This document shows positions 53,493-64,000 of a DNA stretch of 64,000 bases, piece by piece. This DNA comes from Lytechinus pictus. Its lineage: Eukaryota. The first letter of the stretch is position 1. Each line of letters starts with the position of its first letter. The DNA lies in the NCBI RefSeq assembly GCF_037042905.1, contig NC_087251.1, positions 16,122,001 through 16,186,000 on the forward strand, given 5' to 3'. The position numbers and the translations under genes were made by a program. The notes under the pieces were generated by a model, which was not told where the DNA came from, did no database searches, and saw nothing but the letters and a program-made list of their open reading frames with translations.

Positions 53493-54623
53493 CATGATAT
53501 ATTAAATAATCCACTTAATTAATCAAATGAGATTGAATAAATATGAATAATAAAACTACAGCAAAGTATAAAATCGTTATTCGCAAGTTTTTGATAGACA
53601 GACCTATAGTTTGTTTTATCTTTTAAGGAGATATTAAAAAAAATTTAAGTCGCAATTATTAATTTACCGGTCAATGCTGATATCACCATGTTAAGACTAT
53701 TTGAGGCCATAAAAAGTTTGAATAAAGCTGAGAGGAGACGGAGCAAAAGAAAAAAAATATATATTTTAAAGAAAGAGAGGGGGCTAGAGCGGGGGGGGGG
53801 GGGGGGGGTAAGAAGAGACAGAGAATAAGACAGTCAAACAGACATTAGACAAAAGAGGAAAAACACTTTGGCAGCCGATCACGGCGATGGAATCGAATTC
53901 ACTCTGTAACGAGTGCATACCGTGCGTGATACGTTTGCTCAGGGAGTCGGCGAACGCACGCAGACACGCGCACGCAGGAAGTCAGAGACCACCGTCTGCA
54001 TATTTACACGTTAAAGTTGACTCGGAACAAAGAAAGTCGGTGGTTCCTTCTACACAGCCACCAGTTGTATTCGGCTAATAGAGTGATCCTTAATTGTTAA
54101 TCTATAAATTTTGGTTGAATTTTTCGCTATTTTGACAAAATGTGTATAGGGCTTACTCAAAGTTACTTTGGGATTAAAACTTCTTTACCAATGCAGTAGC
54201 TTTGCTAAATGCAATCAAGTATCGTCAACTCAGAGGACATTATATGGACAAATTGATACGAAAATTACGTAATTACAGCGAAGAAATATCATAGAATGGT
54301 CAATAACAATGATTTTAAAAAGCAGAGAGAGAAGAGGGGGAGAGAGAAAAAAGGAGAGAGAAATTGGATATAAGACTATATATTGGCTCTCCCGGGGCTC
54401 TGCAAGTCTGTAAGAGACAAATTAAGGTTTTGGGAAAATTGATTTATTTCTTGGTTCTAATTGTAAGAGATGGCAAATGGCGTCGGAACTACGAAATGTG
54501 TATGAATTGGCATTAAAACCTTTTTTATCATCAACTTTGTAACAGATTCTTCTCAACCCTGCCCTGGATAAAATATGTTTGTACTTTTTAATCCTCGATC
54601 AAACTTCATCCCAATTCTTTACT

Positions 54624-56367
54624 AACAAGTGGAGCGCCTCTGGCAGTCTCGCCTGCATTACGCAATCACAGGCCTAAAATATTTCCCATAGACTCGTGTT
54701 TTAAAGTGGCACTAAACAAAAATAAGGATGAAATTCGAGGGTTGAATGTTTACTACCAGTGGATAGGATATGTCTGACAATCCATATCTGACCAGTAAAG
54801 GTTACATAGACCGGCCCATTTTGAAAATAAATCGGCATTTATGAAGACTACACCTGACAGGATCAAATTCATCACTTGAGACAGGAAATGGCCCTTATTC
54901 TTCCGCCAGTAAAAAAAGTTCCAAAGTGGTGATATATCTTCCCAATTTGGAAAAAGGAAGTTCAGTAGTTACCCTCCCTAGAATCAGTGTTAGATTGTCA
55001 ATCATATTCGTTCATTTTTGTCAATCAGCAATATCAAAATTAAAAATTGAGAATGGGTTGGCTCGTATGAATATCTTTTGCCTGCCAGATGTAATTAGGC
55101 CCGTGTAACCTTTAGCAGCAGAGCTGACTTTGGAAATGACCGTTGGGCTAAGACCTGTGCCAGATGATCAGTGATACTTGATTATCACTAAAAATTGCCA
55201 CATTTCATTAAAGGGATGCTCCGGGCCGAAAATAATATAGATAAAGAAAAATCAGGCAAACAAAACACTGAAAATTTGATAAAAATCGGACAAGGAATAA
55301 CAAAGTTATAGCATTTTAAAGATTTGCATTACTAGTATTCCGGTGAAACAGTTCTGGACATGAGTTCATGCATATTCAATGAGCAAATTGATGACGTCAT
55401 ATCCCCACTTGTTCTTTTATATTTTCTTAAATTAAATTAGGTTTATTCAAAATTCTTTAAGAACTGAAAAAATTGGATTGACAACTGATTTAGCGCATTA
55501 GTTATTCTTTGCTGCAACTTATTTCATTATAAAGGAGACACATTATTCACACATGTATGAAAAAATGAAAGAATTATGATTTCATGTCATAACATAAGAA
55601 AAAGAAAAGTGGGGATGTGGCATCATCAGCTCATCTGATGAATATTCATGACGTGCATATAATCATTTTTTACAAAATATTGCTAAATTTTAAAATTCAA
55701 TAACTTTGTTGTTACCCGATTTTTAGCATTTTGCTCTGTGAATTGTACTCTACTTGTTAAGATATATTTTCAGATAGGAGTACCCCTTTAACTATATCCA
55801 TAAAATTTAAAAGTTATGAAGGCGATTCAATACATACCACCAATAAGGTCAAAGTTTGACCTTAAATGACCTTAGTCATGTGACCTGAAACTCGTGGAAG
55901 ATGTTAAGTGATACTTGATTACTCTTATGTCCAAATTTCAAGAACTAGATCCATAAACATTCAAAGTTATGATGGCAAATCGACAAATACCCCCAACATG
56001 GCTAAAGTTCATTGACGACAAATGACCTCTGACCTTAGTCATGTGACCTGAAACTCACAGGAAGTTCAGTGACACTAATTACTCTTATGTCTAAGTTTCA
56101 TGAACTAAATACATTCCTCTTACTTGGCTTTAGTTCATAGACCCTATATGACCTTTGACCTTGGTTATATGACCTGAAACCCAGGCAGGATGTTGAGTTA
56201 TACTTGATTACCCGTATGTCCAAGTTTCAGAAACTTGGTCCATATACTTTCTAAGTTATGACATTTCAAAAACTTAACCTTAGGTTAAGATTTCAACGTT
56301 GACGACGACGCCGCCACCGCCGTCAGAAAGTGGCGCCTATAGTCTTCTATGCAGGCGAGACAAAAAA
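54624..56367 (-). mobile_element. Helentron-associated (HINE/DINE-1-like) non-autonomous element with internal minisatellite
   Basis: Subterminal inverted repeat GTCTCGCCTGCA (54646-54657) / TGCAGGCGAGAC (56350-56361). On the - strand it has a T-run at the 5' end and CTTGTT at the 3' end, a short (GCC/GAC)n tract, and 3-4 copies of a ~150-160-bp unit (tgaccttagtcatgtgacctgaaactc...gatacttgattac). Confidence 0.75.
55212..55787. mobile_element. Kolobok-like MITE nested in the HINE-like element
   Basis: TTAA-AGGGATGCTCC...GGAGTACCCCT-TTAA; removing it rejoins a host repeat unit. Confidence 0.85.
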
Positions 56368-58167
56368 TAAAATGCATCCATCTCAAAGCATTATCAATAC
56401 AGCTCACATTTTCAAGGCGGTAAAGATTCAACGACTAATTTCAATTTATTATGCTCCTTTACTATAGAATTTCTTACTCATCTGTCTCAGTTAATGAATA
56501 ATAGTTTAAAAACAGTTCCTCAAAGTGAGTTGATGCATCCGATTCATTAAAACATTTACATTGTAATACTTGTATTCACACTTTTTTCCGCTTGCCTGAG
56601 AATCATAAATTCCATTTTTTTTTCTTTCATTTAGATAGAAGCATTCAGAACAAAAAAAAAACATTGCTTCACCCGACAATTCACCATCATCTCTTTAAAA
56701 AAATCACCTTCAACTCCAAAATCAAAGGAAAGTCCCGTGATATTAAAGTACTGTCATAGAAATACCAATCTCCAATTTTCGCTTCGAACACCAGGGCATA
56801 GAAAATAAACCATCCACACAAATTACCCCCAAAGACATAATGGAATAATTACAACAAGAACGAAATATTTTTTGTTGATTAATTCAAACATTTTAATTTA
56901 CAAGTCTTTTTCTGTTCATATATCAAACAATTTATCCTTTCAAACGATCATTACATTATGTTAATATTTACACATTCAAAAAACCTTAATATGAACGCTT
57001 ATTTAGAGAAATACCACACTGTGTTATATATCTTTTCTAAATTCTTTTGTTTATTTTAATGGCAAAGATGCTGAAATAACCAAGTTTCTTACATGAGTTG
57101 ATGCAACTCTTAAAGATTCATTACAACCAGAATAAATAAAACCAAACACAGAGAAATTATCTAAAGCAAAACCCATGCCATCACAATCATTTCATCAAGT
57201 TTTATCATATAATTTCAGAAGTTAATTTTTTTTACATTTGTTTAGGTCACTTACTTTTTTTGTAGCCATGGAAATGATGCCGAATGGGATTTTTCAATGA
57301 GATCTGTCATGTCATATCTGTGTAAGTCTTAGGGGTGGTGCAATATAAAAAACAGTTTTATTTCACCTAAATTTACTGGAAAATCAGGAGTCATATCAAA
57401 AGTAGGACATGATAAAATGTTATAAAAGAAAATAGAAATAACATTTCAGATGGTGTTTTTAAAATATTTTAAATGTGTTCATTTGTCATGGTTTGGTGAA
57501 GAAGTGAAATAAATTGAAGCACATTTGTGATACACAATCTACTACCTTTTTTTGTCAACAGAAGAGTCATTTACAACCACAAACCTCAATTTGTTCATAT
57601 TTTACTTATTTTCAATTATTTTAAAAACAGGAAAGATAACTCTTCAGTAAATAAAAAATACAAAGGCATGTCACACATTGTAAAATTCGCAGCATGATTG
57701 TGACAAAAAATAATTAAAAACCATAGAAAAGTTTGGAATGTTCTAATACAAGTTCTACTTCAACTGTTTCCTTTTCTTGTGTCATATTTCTGCATGTCCC
57801 CAAATGTATATTCAAGAGTGAACAATAATCAATCTAAAACTCATATAATTTGCGTGAAGATAACAATACTACCTCACATTTCCCCAAATAAGCCCTTTGG
57901 TTTTCATGAGCTAGCATTCCATCAGGCCTTGCATAACATTGTGCTATCATCATGTCATCCTTCTCCAATCTTTTATAGTGAGCATCTGTGAGAACATGAG
58001 GGTTGTATTAATGAAAAGGGCAATTTCTGCGAGCAAGAGGTTTGGATACTAAACCTTAACTATTTGGCATGTTCCTGTTATCGACTGAACACCTCATCTT
58101 TGAGATGTCATCACTCCACCAAATGCTCTCAGATATGAAAAAGTTGCTACTCTTCATAACAAGTCTA

Positions 58168-58575
58168 CCGTGTTTACACGCTGCATTGGCTTGCGATGCA
58201 GAATCTGCTTTGGGTTAATATCTTGCATCGCATTTACACGCTGTCAGAGCTCGCGGTGCAGAATCGGCTCACGGGGCAAAAACACAGATCAGTGGATGAA
58301 ATATCCGCGCACCAACAACATACGTCATAATAAAGACAACGCTGGATCCGGGCACTTACAAGTACGTCATAATGATAAAGTAATTAAAACACGCGCCAAT
58401 TGCCGATGCAGAATCGGCTTTGTGTTTACACATAGAAAAAAACTGATTCTGCATCAGCTCGCAGTTCTGATCCTACTATTTTGTTGGTGCAAAATTGCCG
58501 ATTCTGCACCGTGAGCCAATGCAAGTTAATCACGTTTACATGCAACAAAAAAGCTGATTCTGCGTGTAAACACAG
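58168..58575. mobile_element. MITE with TA flanks and internal GATGCAGAATCGGCT subrepeats
   Basis: TA-CCGTGTTTACACGC...GCGTGTAAACACAG-TA, with direct and inverted copies of tgcagaatc. Confidence 0.8.
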
Positions 58576-59676
58576 TAAATATCAATTAACATTTTTTGGT
58601 CATTGCAAAGAACATACCCTTACAATCAGAAGAGCAAACTGTTTTAGTTAAAAATTCATCATCAGCAACTATAAATGAAATTACAAAAGAACAAAGAAAA
58701 AATACCCTAACTTAATTCATATATGGATAGAAAAAAGACAGCACATTGTGAATCAATAAATCGTCTAATAGTAATACACATCCTATGATTGATGAAAGTT
58801 CCATCACCAGTCTGTTCAGGGTTAAGCAAAGTTTTGCAGCTCTGTCCAACCTTAAATCAAATTAGATTTCAGAATCTAACTCTACTTTTAAACACAATGA
58901 ATAGTGTACATGTATAAGGTGTGATAAATGTTTTATCTGTATATCAGTTTGCATGAATGGATTTCTAGATCTAGGTTTTGGGAAAAGTGTCAAAGGTATA
59001 AATGGTTTATAGAACTTTTTTTTCTCACTATAAACCAAAAAAAAAAATGAAACCTCAACTGAAATAAAAAGGCATGACATACTAATAAAGTGAGTTAAAA
59101 ACATTCCAAAATATCAAATAGTTTGGTGCTCTCATGCAGTAGTAAATTTGCTACTACTGAAATTTAGTTCTGGTGGGTTTGGCCGAGTGACTCTTCCCGA
59201 TATGTATCATGTCTCTTTCATGAAATATTTCTTTCAACATGGCAGATTAAAACGAAATATAAAAATACAATCATCTTTGCTCAAGTTAACTCTGTATAGG
59301 ATTTGTCTAAGTCATCTTAATACTCAGGATTCCTACCCAATATATCTCATAAAAACAAATTTTTTTTCCTCAATAGAAGCTATTTCTGTAGTCCCATATG
59401 ATTTGACAAGCAAAATATTAAGCATACTAGGGGTGTTGCATGAAGCTGTTTGTATAAAGTGACACAAGACTTTCTGCACAACATTGGCACCTTTCTTAAA
59501 GAATATGTTACCCAGAATGTCCGATTTTAAGAGAATGCAAATGAATTTTCAACAACCCTTATCAAGTTTTGACAATGATAAAACTACATTCAAACGGGTG
59601 GTAACAAAACCAATTTTAACATACATTGGTCTGATTTAAAGTTCAGTTGATGGGAGTCACTATGGCTGAGAACCTG

Positions 59677-59852
59677 GTGGGTGTTTCATAAAGCTGTTCG
59701 TAAGTTTAGAGCGACTTTAACGACTGGTGAGTGGTGATCCTTTCTTGTGGAAAATGGTATATTCATTGGCGATGGTTTAAGCGCGTAAGAAAGGTTCACC
59801 AGTCGTTCTTATAGTCATTCTTAACTTACGAACAGCTTTATGTAACAGCCCC
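59677..59852. mobile_element. Harbinger-like palindromic MITE with 3-bp TSD (CTG)
   Basis: GTGGGTGTTTCATAAAGCTGTTCGTAAGTT vs rc GGGGCTGTTACATAAAGCTGTTCGTAAGTT, with CTG on both sides. Confidence 0.85.
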
Positions 59853-60516
59853 CTGATTTGGTGCCTGGTCGCCTGTCATGCACCCAGACTTGCGTAACTT
59901 ACGAACAACTTCATGAAACACCTTCATGAGGACCATTTCATGAAGCATATTTTGAATGTTTTATTCACTGATAAATATGCTCTCAGCCAATAAGAAACAG
60001 GTATTGCAGGAGCTTATAAAAGCTCTAAGCAAATTTAATTAAGAAATAACTTCATGAAATGCTACCCATATCTCTATGAACAGAGAAATTTCATACTTTC
60101 AAACCTGGATGTACTGCTCTATGTTTAAACTAGAGGAGACCGAAGGCATTTCAGTAGTTTATAACAGATGGTGAAAATCACTGAGTTGTTTCATGAAACA
60201 CTGCCAGGTTATTATTCATGAATGATGAAATTTAGAGAAATGTCATCACATTCTTAAAACTGGGTACATTGCTCCAGCTTTGGTAATGCTAAAGAACTTC
60301 AAAACTATCCATTACGAGAGCTTATAGCAGTTGCAAGCGAAAAAAGGTCACTTCATGGATATTATTAAAGAAATATGGAGAAACAATAATTAGATACTCA
60401 AAGTCTAGGGGCACTAGTCCAGCTGTGCTTCTACCACAGGAGAGCTTCGAAGCCAGATGAAGATTGGATGATGATGGTTTTAGTGATGCCTGTATCGGTA
60501 TCATCATGATGGCATC

Positions 60517-60579
60517 TTAGTATCTCCTTTGGGAGTATCCAGGAGGTTTGGGGTATCCTCCACCTCCCTGGTTTCCACC
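60517..60579 (-). CDS. Probable terminal coding exon of a convergent neighbouring gene (GGNQGGGGYPKPPGYSQRRY*)
   Basis: On the - strand a pyrimidine-rich tract ends in ...cccctttcccctcCAG, followed by a GC-rich 63-nt phase-0 reading to TAA. Downstream sequence looks like 3' UTR. No upstream exon is visible in the window. Confidence 0.6.
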   Translation of the reverse strand, partial: GGNQGGGGYPKPPGYSQRRY

Positions 60580-62903
60580 CTGGAGGGGGAAAGGGGGTAA
60601 CAGGGATAGAGGGGGTAAGAGAAGTATAAGAAATGAAGGAGACAATTGGGTTGGATGAGGGTAAACATGGATGGAAGGGTGTAAAGCAGGGGTGACCAAT
60701 TGATGGAAGGGGTGCAAATCAATATGGTGGGATTTGATGGAGAAAAATATGTAAAGGATTTTAATGGAAAAGTGCATGGTAAAGGATATGGGATAAAACA
60801 AAAAGAAAGAAAGGAAGGAATAAACAAAGAAATATGGAAAATGAGAGGAAAAGAGGTTGTGGGGAGGAGAGAGTGTATGAAAAAAGAGAAAAATAAATTT
60901 AATTCAGTTTATCAAATGTATATAATAACTTCACATATTAAAGTTAATTTTGACACAAAGAAGGAAAACTGATGTAACGAGCGTTATGGTAAATATTGCT
61001 ATATATAAGACAAGAAAGCTTTGTGAATTCATACATCAAAATCTAAAATGAATTCAATTAATCTTTGTATTCTTAACCGCACTTTGAAAAATACCAGTTT
61101 GTCAGAAGAAAGTGTAATATGAAACCGATTCAAAGCTATCAATCATCAACCACAGTCTATAAGTTTTTTCTGTAGAATGAAACCAGGAAACACCATTTGT
61201 TCAAATACAAAACTGATCTCTAACCTGAAGTTTCATAAGTGACTAATGGAAAGTGGCATATTCAAACCATAAAATAATTCATTATGAATAAATTGTATAG
61301 AAGAGAAATATCAATAAAGGGTATACCATTTATCATAAAACAAGTGACCACTTCAAGCAACAATTCAATTACTTCATTCAATGCTGCTGAAACATGAAAT
61401 ATAATTCAATTTTGTTTGAGAAGAAAATGACCAAATATTAATTAAAATCATACTGTATTAGTTTAATTGTATTTCAAATAAATCATAAAAAATGCAGATG
61501 AATCAAACACAATAATTCACATATACATTCATGTGTAAAAAAGAATATTCTAACTGTTTTAGGTCAAGTGAATGCTCATCTCTGTTAGTCTCTCTCACTC
61601 ACACATACACTCTTCCAACTCTCTTTCTTTCTATTTTTTTTTGCATAATATCATTTTTGCATTATACAATTTATAAGCACCTTAAGCATTCAAACAAAAT
61701 CAGATACGGCGCTTTAAAATCATATTTTTAATTTTTAATTATATTTGATATCACTATAAATGTATGAAAACCACTTCCAAGTAGAAGTTGAGATAAGTCA
61801 AGGATAAGGCAGGAAAGAGAAATATGAAAAACTGCACAAAGTCTTTGTTCTTGATGTATAGTGAAATAAACCATAGACCAAACTTGCAAGTGACATTTAA
61901 AAGGCAAAAAAAATATATAGAACAGAGAGACCCACAAAGTGGTGGACTCCTCTTTGGTTAAAATAAACTAGAAACCAAAATTGGAGGTGAAAATGAAAAG
62001 GCAGGAAAATATGGAACGGAGGCAGGCAAGCGAGATAGTGGTCTCCCTCATGGTTGAAGACAAGACAAGACAGCTATGTAAACATAGAGAGAGCCTCACT
62101 GCAAACTAAACCAAATTCAAACCCATGTACAATCCACAATACCATAATTACTATTTCCACCCTAAATCATTGGTGTGCAAATACTAGGCTGGGAGCTATT
62201 TCCAACTATATCTTTTTATTTTACACATCCATACATGTTGATTTATGACTATGGCTTCGTATTCAAGCTTAGAATCTTATTAAATGCAGCCAGCTAGTTA
62301 AACACATTGCATGAAATAAGGAATTTCGGGTGAATAGCACACATCAAATGGCACAAAGTGAAATTGGAAGTTCACTTTGCAACATGATTGATTAATAGAC
62401 TGGGGGTGATAATTATAAACTTTTACATGAGAAAATGCATGGAATATATCAATATAAATTGTCAAATAAAAAAGAAGTGAAAGCCTTGAAGTAAAACTTC
62501 TATGATACTCCTACATATTTTGTACACCAAATCAGTTCAGCAAAGTTGTGTGAAAAAAGAGGTTACACCCCCTCCCCCCTAAAAAAAATAAAAAATAAAA
62601 AACAAGAAAAAAAACAGAAAGAGAGAAAAGTAGACATTAGAGAGAGAGTAAATATGAAATCATAAGACATGGAAGAGTGAGTGAGAGAGAGAAGAAACAA
62701 GAAGTGAGATAATGAAAAAGAGAACAGGAGAGATGGAGAGATAGGAAAAAAAAAGTAAAAACAAGAGAAAGGGGGGGGGGGATAATTTAAAATGTCCAAA
62801 TTTGGTATCTGAAAATCCAATCTATGATATCATTTATAACAAATAATTTGCATTTCAATTTCTTGTGCCATAACTTGAAAATTTGATTAAGCATCCACCT
62901 ATA

Positions 62904-63888
62904 CAGTGCGTATCAAAAAAAAGTTTACACTTTGAAAAAGCCCTGGGAATTCATAAATATAAATACAACATGTGGGTAATTTTTTCACATATCATTTTAA
63001 GTTTGGGTCTCATCTATCCAATGAAAGTAAAAGTTTTGACAGAATGTTACACTTGAGTGAGCACTGTCCATTTTTGTAAAGCTCGCAGAAATCTGTTTAC
63101 GCAGAAATGCTCGTTTTCACGCTGCGTCAAGGGGAAAGGGCGAAATCAAACTTACCCTGCGAAACATTTCTCATACATTTCCCTTGCACTTTTAGTCAAT
63201 TGAAATAAAACGGATACATTCAAGCATTTTTTAACAATTTTGCCACCCAAATTGAAATTTCAACATTTAGTAAGCGCAACTTTACCCTTTTGTGCCAGCT
63301 GGATCTGAGGACATAACTGAACCTTAACAACAGTTTATATCAAACATCTCCAGCATTTTTTCACTGAGTTTTTATCATTTAAAGTGGGTTTACATTTCAT
63401 TTTTCATGTAATACTTGTTTCTCCACACTTTTCCCAAGCTTGACAATGATTAACAAAATTAAAATCAAGCCTAAGCCATTTCATGTAAATCACAGCTCAG
63501 TGCAAAGCAAATATCGTCTCGATGGCCTCGGTGTGTGGGGGAGTGGGGTGGGGCGCAATGCACTCTTCGAAGTGTTTTGGGCAAGGAAACAAGTTTAACA
63601 AGGTTAAAGATATCTTCAAATCAATTTTACTAGCTAAATTCCATGTTTTCTTCATGATTAAGGTCTACTTTTATTTGCATAACTATTTCAAAGTTCTGCG
63701 AAAATCATTTTTCACGACATTTTCAAAAGTAAGTGGTGCTCGCTCAAGCGGAAATATTTTTCGACAGTTATATCGTCATTTGCTTAAATGGATCTGTACC
63801 AATGTTAAAATGTGGACAAATCTTCAGGATATTACGTATAATTTTACAGGATTTTTTCAAAGTGTAAACTTTTTTTTGATATGCACTG
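62904..63888 (+). mobile_element. Tc1/mariner-type non-autonomous element, copy 2 (985 bp)
   Basis: Same TIRs and TA TSD; collinear with 15431-16424 in the same orientation. Confidence 0.93.
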
Positions 63889-64000
63889 TAGAATGATACC
63901 TTTAAAAAATCAAACATTCCAAATATATATCGGTAATTAAATTTCCAATGATGGGATGATTCACAAGTTTTAATATTGAATTTCAAAACTGCATCATGCA

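Noticed and set aside
1..64000. Second homeobox gene (NK2.2, Msxlx) or other pharyngeal-cluster genes in the window
   Set aside because: No second homeodomain, paired or forkhead coding sequence seen on either strand.

Overview
AT-rich, intron-containing animal genomic DNA (invertebrate deuterostome, most plausibly a sea urchin; inferred from the protein sequence and repeat landscape, not verified). One complete gene is present: a two-exon NK2.1 (Nkx2-1/2-4, TTF-1 class) homeobox gene on the + strand. Its coding exons are 22801-23161 and 25893-26758, joined by a phase-1 GT-AG intron, giving a predicted 408 aa protein with TN/eh1 motif, Tyr54 homeodomain, NK2-specific domain and C-terminal GRTW. 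It sits in a gene-poor regulatory landscape with several GC/CpG-richer non-coding islands. At 60517-60579 (- strand) there is a likely terminal coding exon of a convergent neighbouring gene (Gly-rich tail GGNQGGGGYPKPPGYSQRRY*; XRN2 is a synteny-based hypothesis only). The rest is many non-autonomous DNA transposons resolvable by their TIRs and TSDs (Tc1/mariner-, piggyBac-, Kolobok-, CACTA/EnSpm-, Harbinger-, Sola-like, 8-bp-TSD and foldback types, and a Helentron/HINE-like element), several of them nested. There are also LINE and SINE remnants, two local tandem duplications and large trinucleotide arrays. I found no prokaryote-type systems (CRISPR, operons) and no convincing wholly new biological system; almost all ORFs in the supplied track are spurious.
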